Source: Tubiluchus corallicola
Lineage: Eukaryota; Animalia; Priapulida
Assembly: GCA_030141605.1 (NCBI GenBank)
Contig: JAQGDQ010000169.1
Location: forward strand, 310,001 to 374,000
DNA length: 64,000 nt
Direction: 5' to 3'
Below are positions 27,227-41,800 of this stretch, in pieces. Under the pieces are notes generated by a model. The model was not told the DNA's origin. It made no database searches and worked only from the letters and a program-made list of their open reading frames with translations. The translations under genes were made by a program, and so were the position numbers. How positions within the stretch are numbered: position 1 is the first letter of the stretch; every line of letters begins with the position of its first letter.

Positions 27227-30200
27227 TTCTTCTTCTTCTTCTTCATCATCATCGTAACAAAATTAAGTTAGTTTCAGCCTGTCCACAAATCAGATAACAC
27301 CCTTTTTATGCATGATAACATTATGTTTCAAAAACGTCTTCGTCCAGGATTCTATAAAATGGTCGATTTCAGGTTGATGGTCTTAAATTAAGTAAACAGT
27401 CACACAGCGATCGTTTTGCTTTTTGGTCAACGATTTTTTTTGGTTGACTTTCAGTTGCTCAAAACAAAACCAGTTACCTATAAATGATATTTTACACAGA
27501 TTTAGTGTAGCACTCCTGTATTTGCTATAGGTGAGGAATGTGCAGAAGATAGCTTTACTTGTGCAAATGGTCAGTGTGTGTCCATTTCTAAATATTGTGA
27601 TTATGTTCCTGATTGCGAAGATCAGTCAGACGAAGTGGACTGTGGTTAGTATTTCTTGAGAATTTATTGACATAATTGCAAAGCAAAAACACAGAGAAAA
27701 ACCATTCCATTGCATCTGTTTTCTTATGCTAATGCTTCTGATGCATGTGGTTAAGTTAGAACAAGTTTTGCAAGGCGAGACTGCTGATGTGTTAGTATTC
27801 TGTGTAATGAAGAGTGAGTAACAAATAACACAAAAGGAAAAGAAATGGAAAAAGAAAGAAAGCGAACTGTTGCAGTACTTTTCTACCAACAGATTTGTGA
27901 CTGCATGTGGAAGTAAAGCAGGGGTTTTCCTAGTAACTCTTCTTTGAAATTAGCTTATTGTTTTTTGCCCTGTGACGATGGCACTTATTTTGATATTTTA
28001 GTTCATTCACTGTGCACAGCGGAAGAATTTACCTGTAGAAATGGACAATGTATTCCTTTATCGAGCATTTGCGATTTGATACCAGACTGTACTGACGGCA
28101 GTGACGAGGAATTATGTGCAGGTAGTACTTCTCAACTTTTGTAATCAGGATCCCGAAACTGGCCCCGAATTAATCCAGTTGAAGAAATATAATGGGTGGT
28201 TATGCTTTTCAAAAAAGGTTAAAAATATAACTAACTTTTATTTCTTATTCGACCCACATCACAATTTTAAAACATTATACATGTAATTGCATCATACAAA
28301 CAGATGAGAGCTGGGAGACCCACACATGGCAGTCCTACTGCCCATATATAAGACATCATAAGATTCACATGATTTTGGAGTCTTATATCATTATGTATAT
28401 ATTCCAATCGCTGTGCTATTAGTGATTGTTAACAGGTCATTGCAAAGAAAACACGACATTCCCGTGCTATGATGGAACATGCATACCAGCGTTACGTCGG
28501 TGTGACGGATATATTGACTGTCCAGGAGTGTTTCAAGAGGATGAACCAGCTGACTGTAGTAAGTCGCTTGAAAGTTTTTTCACTACTATGTAGGTTTCTT
28601 CATCAGATGCCACAGGAACACCTGGTGACGCAAGGGTGAATGGTTGGTGCCAATTTAATTGATTTTCAAAACTAGTTAAAAGAAATTGCAATTTGTTAAT
28701 CTGAATTATTAAAGCTTTTTTTTAAAAATTGCAAGATGTATATTTAATAACTGAAATCAAAGAACACCACATCATATTGTCGATAGTCATATAGTTTTGA
28801 TTTTGAGCTACCAAGAGCGCTGAAACACTTTAAGCTGGAACTACAGCAAGCACCAACTCATCAATAAAGCTTCAGCAATTATCTCATATACCATTTTGGT
28901 TGATCGTACGCTACACAAACAATTACAAATGTGCATAATCGTATAATCACAACAATCAACTTTAAGTGCTTTCTCTAAATACTTCGGTTTTAGCAAACGC
29001 CAAAAAAGTTGGTCGGTTGACGTTGTCTGTACGCAGCTTCAATTGTCTTTTTTCAGTTGACCATACGCACATGGTTTCTGCAAACTTCCATAACATTTAT
29101 CGTGCTGTTTTTATGAAGCCTTACTTTCCTTCTGATTTCAGTATCCGAATTCACTGACGTTTACGCTATTGAAGAAAACAAGCAAATGTGTAAAGACGTG
29201 TTTCACTCCTGTGACGAAGTTGTGCATTCGCTTGGGGAATTGACTTCCGGATCATATCTCATCGATCCAGATGGTGATAACGATCATTATGAGCCATTTC
29301 ATGTTTATTGCGACGTAAGAGAATTGAGTAATGGAAGCATCGAAGTGTGGACTGTTATCCATCACGACAGTGAGCAGAGGACGTATGTACGCTCACATAA
29401 CAATGGCCCTGGTGGTTACGTCCGCAATGTTTCTTACGTTGACCTGAGCATGAAACAGATCCGAGAGATTGTAGATAACAGCATCTATTGTCGACAGTTC
29501 ATCAAATGGGAATGTCAAGGTGCTGCGTTCATGTTCAGTAAGAGACCATTTTCTTGGTGGACATCCCCAGATTACATGCGCCATTACTACTGGGGTGATG
29601 CTAAACGTCCTTTTACTTGTGGGTGTTACCCTAACTGTACTGATCCCACACTACCGTGTAACTGTGATCAAAATCAACGATTTGTTTGGCAGGAAGATTC
29701 AGGTTATATAGAAGAGAAGTACAGTTTACCTATCACTCAACTGGCTTTGGGAGATACGTCTGGTACTGGTGAGGCTGGGTATTATACACTCGGTGCGCTC
29801 GAGTGCAGAGGTTCTAAGGGTAAGAGAATGTTAACATATTTGTCTGTTTTCAGTCATGCTAACTTTATTACCAGTGCTTGAAACAGCTTTTCTCAATTAA
29901 CTTCTCTAAAAAAATAACAGTGTTTATAAACCGTTATTTTGTAATATTTAGAAAATTTTACTTTTTTACGTAACGCTGTTGAGTTTGCGTAACATTGAAA
30001 CCCGTAAACTGACGCGAGGAAAAATCCTGTGTCATTTCTCAACACAGAATGTTGGATCGACATCCCATGTCGAGGACACAATATGAAGAGTACAACAGCA
30101 AAAGCCCTCGCGTTTTTTGGTATGGAGGGTTCTCGTTATAGTCTCATTTAGGTCTATATAGATATTAGCCTTTGAAAGTCGTATTTTTTAGCACAACCAA

Positions 30201-33200
30201 AAAGCAAAAAGAACTGCCTGCAGACTACAAATTGGCTTCGTTGTGAGAATGGTCATTATGTACATAAGAATGTTACATGCTTGTATGGTTTTGATCAACA
30301 TGGATACAACATAGGATGCACTGACGTATCTCACTTACGGGATTGCGGTACGTTGGTTTGAAAATTTAGTTGGTCATTGTCGCTGAAATGTGGAATGCAG
30401 GATTGTGAAACCATCTTTAATGTCTTGATATTTAAGTAATCTTCAGGGGTAGGAAGGCAATACGTGTAATTTCGAGAGGCAGGAAGACAATTTGTGTAAT
30501 TTACAGAGGCAAGAAGACAATACGTGTAATTTACAGAGGCAAGAAAGCAATACCAGTAATACCAGTACAAATAGATAGTCGCTTGAATGCTAAAAGTACT
30601 TTTTAAAGAATGGTACTTGCAAAGAGGCAGAGCAGAGAAATGCTAGCCTGATATTATTTGAAATTGGACTCCTACCAGCCCTTTACGACAACCTTCAATG
30701 TTAATAGCAACAAGACCATTAACTTGTTTTGTTTCTTTCATTTGGTAGTCTACACTAAACTACCTGCATACAGACTACCAGTACAGACTAAAAACACTAC
30801 TAAGGGTTTGATAAGTTGTAAAGGAATGTATTTTAAATTTATTAAAACAGTCGGAAACAAAATTCATACCCAATTTGTCACCAACCAAATACTCTTTTTT
30901 ACAAGAAAGTTTTATTTTTATGCGTGTGCTTGTTTGTGTCTATTCTATCTTTTTTCACTTTGCTTCTTTGAGTTTCTCTCAAAGTCTCACTAAATTTTAT
31001 GTTTTCAGGAACATTTTCTTGCCCGGACGAGTATCTAAAATGTCCCGAGTCATACTGCATACCTGTCCATAATGTCTGTGATGGAAGGTGGGACTGTCCT
31101 AATGGACATGACGAGATCAATTGTAACGAAACATTTACCTGTCCTGGACTATATAAATGTCACGAACAGACTTACTGTGTACCAATGTTTAAAATTTGTG
31201 ACGGCATCAGAGACTGCCCACTGGGAGATGATGAATTTTCGTGTGGTATGTAATCCTTTGCTTTTTGTTACTTATGTGGAGGTTTTGCATTCTCAACATT
31301 TTTTTGTAATTCTGCCACAGAAACACTTCTATATTTAAAGTTTTTTCTTGTACATTAGATGTAAGAGGTAATGCTAGCGATGAACAAATACAGACTGTAA
31401 TTTTAATTAAGGAAGTTATATGGGCTCTAGAACGTAATTGTTTTGATTTTTTGACAGGAATGAGTTGTACGCCATATTAACACATCTTACTTTCACTTAA
31501 TTGTATATATTCGCATTGCTTGCTAATCTTGTTAATTAATGTTTTTTTGCTTGTTGATCTGTTTGTTTATTTGATGTGATTGTACCACGAGTACGAATAA
31601 AAATATTATAGTTTTGTATTAACTTGTTAATTCATTTTTGTTGATACACATAAAATTGCAAATAAACGTCTAGAGCTACTCTTGTTTCTAGACCTATTTT
31701 TGATAATTTAATGGCTTAGAGCCTCAGTTGTAGGCTATAGTGTTGTGTAGTAGTGCAACTTATCATGGTTGCTAAAACAGTACTTCAGGAAAAAAGATAC
31801 CTGAAAGTAAAAATCATTTTAGTTGTCTTAACTGCATGCATGACAATGTTTCGTTTCTCACCGGTAGACTTGGAGTGTCCAGCAGAATGCTCGTGCTCTC
31901 TTCTTTCTGTAGCTTGCAGAAGCAGGGATTTGGTAACTCTTCCATCAAATGTGACCTTACTAGCCAGAAAATTGTAAGTTTTGCCTGTTTTAGTTTTGTA
32001 ATTTGTAAATGTTGTCTTTTAACTTTGGTGTATAAGGGTTTGTGGGTTACGTTATGATGTAGAAATTATGCGCCATATTGTATGGTTGTTTATTGAAGAC
32101 GAAAAGTGTAAATTTATAGACAGAGTAGCAATGTAAGGAATGTTCATGAACATCCGCGCCAGTGTCGCGCGCACTGTTTCTAGCCGACCAATCAAAGAAT
32201 AACATCCGACATCTTGTCGAAAATCATCTATTTGCTTGCTGTCGCTGGATGTGAAAACTCACCCTCTCGCCAACCACTACTAAAGTAGGATGGTAATTTT
32301 TGTGTGAACTTTAGGTTTAGGCACTTTTAACATTGCAGTGTTTTTTCAGTAATGTGAAATATTTATATAATATTATAATGTACCACTGTATATTGTTGAA
32401 ACTGCTTTTGGTATAATTTTGTAATGTATTATAGATTGCAAACAATGCTTTATTATGTTTGTAATCATAGATGCAAGTCAATACTGTGATTAGTACAGTC
32501 ATGTATTTGGTGGGACGGTATTTGGGTGTGCCCCACCTTTTTTGCTTTGCTATATTGATTGAATTATCATTTTAATAAATGACCTCATTTTATCAACTAA
32601 TTTCATTCTTGGTGCTTATGCGGAAAACTAGCCAGGTTCAACCAATTTTACCTTTAGATCGGTTTTATGAACATTAGCTTACAAAAATAATATTTATCGG
32701 TGCACTATAGCATCTTTAAGTATTTATTTTATTTCAGAGACTTGAGCCATAACCGCATTAATGTCAGTATTATCGACCTACACGATTTCGTTTATCTGGG
32801 CGAGCTGTAAGTCATTTTTTGGTTTCTTCAGTGTGAGATTATTGTTAGTTTTTAAATACTGGCGGGTAGGGGTTATGTAACTATATTCATTTGAAGTACG
32901 TAACATTTGATTTTGGTGATATTATGTTTAAAGCGTAGGACATAGAGGCAGAGTTAAGAAGCGCCAGGTCTGGCAAGTAAGCAGATTAGTGATCGTGGGA
33001 AAATTGCTTTTAGATTTTAACTTAGCATATTGCCTTTGTATATTTTTTAATGGTAGGGAGGATGAAAGCGAATCTAAACGCGACTAACTCGACTAACTGT
33101 CGGTGCAGTGTCTTACCTGAGATGATTATGTGTGTTAATAAGAAATTTCTCATTTTATAAAAAAATCCAACGCGCCTTTTTCTCGTCGTGCTGCAAACTC

Positions 33201-36200
33201 TAGAGCTGCTTTCCCTTGACCTACCCCAGTGGAAACAAATTGTCGTCGCACGCTACATTCTGTGTGCGTGTACAAACGTTGAAGATCAAGTGGTACTCAA
33301 AATAGACAAATATTTTCCTTTACTTTCAGGGATTTATCATATAACAGTATAGTGGAAATCCCTTCGAAAAAGTTTCACTATCTTCGAAATTTATTTTTAC
33401 TGTGAGTATATTCGAAAATGTTCTAATTAGGAATTACTTTGTAGGTTTCCGTGTAACTGTTCATGTTAGCGATTGGGAATTTTGATTCATATGAGTTTGA
33501 TATAATGTAAATTGTAAAAAATATTAATGAAACTATTTTGTAACTCTCTGTTGAGTTCTTAAAGTATTAATAATGTTTGTGTTTTATTGAATTTTAACAG
33601 AGATCTTCGCTGGAATAAATTGGTAGTTCTCCATGAAGGTGCATTTGATGGATTAATACGGCTAAAAATTCTGTAAGTGGAAGATTTAACGAGAAATTTT
33701 TTTTATTACTATTTTTTAAAATCTACTGCCTTTGCTTTAATTGTTTGGTTTCTTATCTTTTAGATTTCTGCTAAAGTTTACGGGTAAGCAAAAGCGTGTC
33801 TGCCAAATTTTCTATGCTACTAACTAAATAATTGATAACGCTTTGTTTTGCAGTTTATTAAGTGGAAATCCTAAGCTTGCTGACATTGAACCTGGCGCTT
33901 TTGAGGGCTTACATCATCTGAGCGATTTGTAAGTAGTTGTTTACCACACCAAATTGATAGCGTATGGCCGTATTCTTGTCAGTAATATCATAGGCTAATT
34001 AATATTTTTTATATCGCCATTACACATTTTCAATATGTGGTACGAACAATTTTTAAAAAATTGAAACCAATTTCAGTATTTTATAAGTATCCAGTATAAC
34101 AACATTCGTCAGTTAAATATAAATGGTTTAATGTGGACTTCATACTGGCTGTTTAGAACTTTATGCTGACTCAGCCTGACTAATTTGAATAAATAAGTTT
34201 AAGCAGTTTAAGCTGCAAGGCTTCCACACGTTGTGAAGAAGTTTGTGCTCACTAATTTGAATAAGCTGATTTGACTTACACAGACTTCTAAATCTTGAGT
34301 GGTAGTCTGTGTTCACTAATTCGTATAAGCTGATTTATGGTACAAAGATTTCTGGAAATATTATGTAAATGTCTATGTTCACTGATTTGAATAAACTGAT
34401 TAGGCTATATGGACTTCTACAGGGTTGTGCAGGAGTACCTCGGAGAAGAACGTTTTAAAGTCATGCAAATCTTTTCGGGCCCTTGCCCCACTGGCGGATA
34501 AGGCCCTTAGGCTCTTAGCGGGTCCTGGGCACAACAGTTAGGGTCTGGGAGAGCACTGTGGAGGTGTTTAGTTAGTTCGAAACTTTTGAATGCCTATTTT
34601 CAATTACATAAAATATGATTTCTGGACTGCAAAGTTCACAACCTTTTCATTTTATTACGTTTTTATGATACTACATTAACAACTTTGAACAAACATATCA
34701 AGCTTAACAATTGTCATGCAGAAACAATTTTTATAATTTTGGTCTTTTTGTGACCTTTGTTCTTAGAACCTGAAGTACCTCTTAAATTTAAATTTTATTG
34801 ATGTTCAGGCATTTAGCAGCTCATCATCTACGCTTATTAAAAACAAGCACATTCCGTGGATTAGAAGACCTGCAAAGCCTGTAAGTTTATTATCAGCAAG
34901 AAATTAAATATAGGCTTAATAGCTTAAATCTGTCAAATAATCTGTCATTTGTGATGGTAATGATATAAATTAAATGACATTTCCCAAAACAATGTTTATA
35001 AGCTGCCTTATTTGTTGGTTATTAAAATCTTAATGTCAATATTATTATTAATGTTAATGAAAATCCACAATTAACTGAATTCTGATAACAAACTTGAAAG
35101 GAAGAAATTCACAAGGTAGGTTAAACTTGGTCAAAATAAAAAAAATAATCTAATTACAGCTAGAATCACTCTAGTGTAATCTTACATCGGAAATGCTGAA
35201 TTCGGTTGGCTCCTATAAGAGATGAACTTTGAACTGCCTTAATCACTAAGGAAAACAGTGGCCTAGTCATATAAGGTATCTGTTTTGTAAGCAGATGTTT
35301 CTGGTTCAAATCCAAGGTGTATTCAAACTTTTTCACATTTCTTGTCTTTTTAGTTTGATATCAAAATTTAATTAATTGTGGGTTTGTACCATCATCCTTT
35401 TTCAGTTCTGAATTCTGCTCTGTCAGTTTTTTGCTCTGTGCGTTAATCTGTCATTAGGTCGAATTTCATCTAATATTTAATGATTAATCCAACTTTACAC
35501 TATATTCTTCTGCGATCTTTGTCACACATTTTCTTACAAAACATGTGGCAACTCCTTCAAGTTAACATGTTTGACTCACTCCGACTTACTATTATTTTAG
35601 GAACTTGTCTGGAAACAACATTGGCGTCATTGAGAAAGGAGCTCTGAGTGAACTGAAAAATGTCAAACACTTGTAAGTACAAAATGGTAAAAATTTACCT
35701 TTCAGTGGTTTTTCACTTAAAAAGCATTTTATTCCTCAGTTTAAGCATGTGAGGTATGCCTAGCTAGAAATAGGCTAGAATCTGCTTTGCAATATAAAAC
35801 TATAATATCAAAGGTAGTAAATTAGCAGTATTATTTTAGAAATAACTGTGTTTCGACGTATAAAAGCTCATTCGTTTTTTTTGCTTTTCAGAGATATTAG
35901 AGGAAATGATATCAGTGATTTTTCTGAAGACATTTTTCGAAGTTTAGCTTCGCTGGAGTATTTGTAAGTCGACACTGGATCGAAAACTAAAAATTTAACA
36001 CATTGCCAGTGCTTGGATTTTATCATAATCAATGAAAAGCCCAACGAGAATTACATCAGTTATCATTAAGATTAAAATGAATACCAATTGTCTCTATCTG
36101 TGGACTTTATTAAAAGTTAGATGTTTTCTGATGTGCAGTTCTAGTTATCAAAATCGTCTAGAATTATTTATATTGTGATACCAGTTCAAATTAGTGCCTT

Positions 36201-38565
36201 TACATTCGTGTAGGATGATAAATGTACAAATTACTTTGAATTTGTACAGTTTCTTGGGACGCATGTAAAATTTAACTATGTTGTTCTTAAAAAACATCAG
36301 TAGTACTTAACAGAATATATTTCTAAAACAACTCACCCTGATACCATGATATTTCTATGATATTCTAAAGTAATATAGATGGTGCCAAAAGGAGGCATCT
36401 TGTTGTTTATTTGGCGTATCTTTGTGTATTTGCTGAACATTTTAAAAATTGTTATCGTTTATATTAGGTTCCAGTTTTGTAATCCTATGCCTGCCATTTT
36501 ATTATTTCTGTACTTACTTTCTTTGATTTTCAGCTCTTTTTCGCCTTTTGTTTTACAGATACAGTGACTCATTCAAATTCTGCTGTTTAGCAAAATCTCA
36601 CATCAGCTTTGACAACTGTCTTCCTCAAGCGGATGAATTCTCATCTTGTGAAGATCTAATGAGCAATTATACGTTACGTCTTTCTCTTTGGCTACTTGGC
36701 GCCATCGCTTTCTTTGGAAATTTCTTTGTTGTAGTTTGGAGGTTCAAAACTAAGGAAGCCAACAAGATCAGTTCCTTATTGATTTTGAGTTTGGGGTGTG
36801 CGGACTTCCTTATGGGAATATACCTTCTGATAATCGCTGGTGTTGATTTGTACTACAGGGGGCGCTACATAGCGTATGCGGATCAATGGAAAAGAAGTGC
36901 GTTGTGTAAAATTGCTGGTTTTATATCAACGTTGGCAACAGAAGTCGGTGTATTTACATTGACTTTGATAACAGTTGACAGACTAATATGTCTAGCTTTC
37001 CAATTCCGAATAAGACGGTTCAACACTAAACAAGTGTATATTTTGCTTTCATTGGCATGGACCATTGCCTGTGTTTTGGCCATAATTCCATTTTTAATCA
37101 CTAGTTATTTTCATGGCCAGTTCTTTGCAAGATCCGGTGTTTGTCTCGCACTGCATATCACTGCAGAGAAGCATCCTGGTTGGGAGTATGCTGTCGCTGT
37201 GTTCTTGTGTATCAATTTTCTAGCATTTATATTTATAATTGTATCGTATGTGTATATGTATATTACTATTCGCCAGACTACAAGAGCTGTACAGAGAATC
37301 TCTATACAGAAATCAAAAGAATTGACTGTTGGCCGACAGATGGCGGTGATTGTATTAACGAACTTTTGCTGCTGGATGCCAATCATCATCATGGGTTTAT
37401 TGGCTCTAAGTGGTGCTGTAGTCATACCAGGTAGGCTAATTGGTTTACGTATTCCTTCCTATTCATATTGATGCCTGGGTCTGTTAAGATTCTTTTAAGA
37501 TTTTTGAATACATTTCGGGAAACTGCAAGACGGAATCTAGATCTCAAAAGCAAGGCCTTTTCGACAAGCTGTTTGTGCGCGAGCCGCATGACCAGAGACT
37601 GTGTCAGTATCGATGTTACTCTTCAAAGATAAGCCACTAAACAGGTGGAAGCAAGAGTTTTGGATGTACAGGTATACACGTTCTCCCTCTACGAGCGTAA
37701 CAGCCAAAGTTTACAAGTGATATTGTCAAAAGCGAGTATCGAACCCAGGTGCCCATTCGTCACTCACTTAAAGTGCGAACATAAGCGATTTCAATCATTC
37801 TTTGTGAAACTAGTCCAATTTTGATATTAGAAATGACCTGCTGGGTTGAAGATTCAAACCATCTTCCGCAGTCACTGTGTTTCAAAGCGACAAGTGTATT
37901 TCACAAAACTGATTTATTTTCCATCAAATTTTCCTGTTTTTGAAGAAAAGTGGTAAAAACCACATTCCGGGACTAACTTTAGAGTGATATCTTTCTTAGC
38001 AATCTGATTACTATAAATTCCAGTCTTCCACACATGTGCTATTAGTCCATAGTTATCCAGCTAATTGTATGATGTGCTGACTAGTTATCTTATTAATTGG
38101 ATGAAATCTTATTAAGAATGTTTTATAGGAGAAGTATATGCATGGACTGCGGTATTTGTCTTGCCTCTAAACTCTGCTACGAATCCAATATTATACACCA
38201 TATCATCTGTAGACAAGGATACAGTGCGACGGACTCTCTTCTGTGGAGCTGGTCATAAGTCGTCAAAATTTCACAGCACTATTGGCAATGGTATGTACCA
38301 AATAATAATAGTTTGTACCAAACAGTATCAGCAACAGTTCACACATATTTCTTCTTCGTTTTTCTTTATTCTAGTTTCTTTTCTGCAATTCTCCGCAGGT
38401 TTTAGCTTTTTTTCTTGATCGCTTTTGGAAATCGACAATGAAAAATATTTAATTTTTGCGTGGTAATAGATTGATAAAATATTTCACTTTTTAAAAACAT
38501 GGTTAAACATAAAAACCTACTGCATCTGCTTTCTTGCTACCTTTTACACACGTTCTTACTCTCTC

Positions 38566-38609
<44 letters not shown>

Positions 38610-38617
38610 TCTCCGTA

Positions 38618-38708
<91 letters not shown>

Positions 38709-38832
38709 GTCTATCTGTCTATCTATCCATCCATCCATCCATCCATCCATCCATCCATCCATCCATCCATCCATCCATCCATCCATCCATCCATCCATCC
38801 ATCCATCCATCCATCCATCCATCCATCCATCC

Positions 38833-38863
<31 letters not shown>

Positions 38864-41800
38864 CATCCATCCATCCATCCATCCATCCATCCATCCATCC
38901 ATCCATCCATCCATCCATCCATCCATCCATCCATCCATCCATCCATCTATCTATCTTTCTCTTCTATTTCTCTCTTCCTGCCCTGTCTATTTATTCGTCT
39001 ATCCTTTAACTAAACAAAAACGTACAAAATTGACCAAGTTGGAAGAAGGATGAGGAATACACTGCTTTTGTGAATTGCAACCCACAGTTCCCAGCTATTT
39101 GACTAGATTAGATTGTCTTAGAATAACTCAATGCATGACATAAATTAGACGTTTTCATCGTAGACCACAACCTTTGTGTGCCACGTGTTGGTTAGCTAAG
39201 TAGGGTCGTCAGCATGCCAAGTATTAGTTTAATAGAGCTTTGGCCATTGTGTTAGAATTATCATTTTCATCATGCTTAAAGTTTTAGTTAGTTTGCATGA
39301 CATGTGTTTTGCACAGAGGCATTCTACATGAAGAGGCTTAATTCTAGTCCCCTTCCTTCTCCACGACGATTTTCAACAGCTAGCACACATCTAAAAGGAA
39401 ATGGAATCTACAATGGTAAGATGAGAATTTGTATTTGTTGCATGTTACTTGTTCGTTATTTTATTATTTTTGCACGAATTGTTGCTTTCGTACTTTCCAA
39501 ACTAACTTGTGTATTATAAATGTTTTTGCTTAATACAGCGTGGTTGAAATACAGTGACACATTTTCGTTGTGAAGCATCTATTAAGTCTTTCAGGGCAAG
39601 AAATATATCTTTTGGTAGATAAGTTCTAAAAATTTTCTGAGGTATGTTGGATAAAAAGATTTATTTTCTGTACTTTTTAATTTAGTAGATTTCAGTTGAA
39701 AGTAAGGCAATTAACTTTTTCATGAACGAAAATTTGACTTAAATGAAAACTTATTATTTTACGATGAAGATACTGATCTGCTATCGTAAGTTTGCTAAGT
39801 AACATGTTACGATTACTCCTAGACTTGCAAACTCAGTGTGCGAATTGATGAGTGCTAAGTAACTCCGTATATTTTGCAAAGAAAGTTCACCTAGTCATGT
39901 AATATGTTCTCCCTTTGTGCAAGTGTCTCCTATCTGCGGATTCTGGACATTTGTATGATTCTAAAATACTACTGACACCTTACACTTTCAAGTAAGATGC
40001 CCCAGCCCTTTTCAAGACATGGAAGTATGCTTGAGGGCTATGAACACACTTTAATGGGTTCTTTGTGGTACGAAGTTTTAGCGCAGCTTTAAAGAAAACA
40101 AATATCTTTCATAACGGTATATTAATAATTAGAAGCAAATGTTTATTGGTGTATTTACTTTTACAAGTGCAGAAACATTTTTCATAAACATAAGCCTTTT
40201 TTCAGTAGGCACTGCAGAAAATAATTAGTAACACAAAACAGCAAACTCAAATCAATGAAATGTGACAAATGTGTTCTTGGTATTTCGTTGTTCTAAATGT
40301 GATGCTTTGTGTCATTAGTGTCTGCATTGTCTACTGAAAAGGTAGATGACTTGTAAATAGACTAATAAACATTTGTTTCTAATTACCACATATGAAAGAT
40401 GTTTGTTTTCTTCAAAACTCTAGCACGTAAGCTTGGCAAAAATAAATATCATTAATTCTTTTTATTATTATTGTTTATAATTTCTTGTGATGTACAAAAA
40501 ACTGTTATATCCGCTATCAATTTCTTCCTTTTACGTTACTGCCTTCTTCTTACAACTCCGCTAAGTGGAAAAAATGTTTTGTTTCATCTCTTCTTTTCAA
40601 ATTGCTATAATATTTGTATTGCCAACATTTACAGCATAAAAGCAATACTTCAAATCAAGCAATACTTAATACTCACAATACAAATTGTGACAACGATGTT
40701 GTAAATAATATGTTACAAACACCATCGTGGAGTATCAAATATGACACAAATGTTCAAATAATATGACATTAATTGATAACCCAAGAGCAGATTGATAGTT
40801 CCGCACCTTTTTGTAATTATATATAAATTTATTGTTTATTTTGAAATGCTATTCTCGCTTTTTTAAAAGATGCCGCGTGCATTTGATTTTACAGTGCCTT
40901 ATTTTTCACGTTTTGCAAAATACGATTCCACAATGTGCTAGTAAAATTTTTCTTCATCTCCTTTCTAGGTGCCTCATTTTATGAACGGCAAGCTAAATGT
41001 AACAATTACTCCATGGCCGAAGTAGGTGCAGTGGCCGATTCTGGTGGTTCAGCGCCTAGGAAGAAAGTGGTTTTCAATCATCGTGCTCCTCATGGTTACA
41101 TGTCACTCGCTCAGTATCTCAAAGAAACGAGACCTTTAGACATTGAAGAAATACGCTACATCACTAAAGTCATTTGCGAAGTTCTGCATCAAGTTCATAA
41201 AGCCGGATATGCACTAGGACAACTGGAACCAGACACTGTGTTCCTATCAAGACAGGTACATTGTAGAGCGCTAACTTCGAAGAAAAGTTCCTGTAAAAAA
41301 TAGTGCCTATACAATAATGTTGACTTTTTTATATACATGTACGCTCTGAAACTTGTATGCATTGGAAATGGTTATCATTGCTAACATTAAACATGCTTTG
41401 TTGCGCCAGGCTTTGAAAAATAAGAGACAAGTTCTGCAGGACACAAACTCAAGGCAACAGTTGAACTATCATACTAGCCTTTCTCGAATATACCCACTAA
41501 ACTTGTCCCCATTCTTCTAGTCTATTCCACTCATGGCCGAGTCAGTGGTTTGATTTATGCGGGCTGCTAGTCAATGGTTATAGGATGCTTATGGTTATTT
41601 GCGCGCTACATCTTTATCTGTATTTTTAAAAGTGTAAGTGTTGCTGGAAGTATCTGTGAATAGATCTTCTGGTATGTTGTTGTCTCATATATGAGGGATG
41701 GTAAATAAATGACGTCTCTGCCTCTGTCCATTTTAAAAAAGCTCTTATGTGGGCTGACCAATAGACATGTGAGTGTGCAGGTGAAAATCACGTAATGGTG

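Noticed and set aside
34179-34420. CRISPR-like pattern: ~26-bp conserved core separated by ~35-45-bp variable segments
   Set aside because: The 'spacers' are related to each other (GACTTCTA-like blocks), the core is degenerate, it lies in a eukaryotic intron and there are no cas genes; it is a minisatellite.
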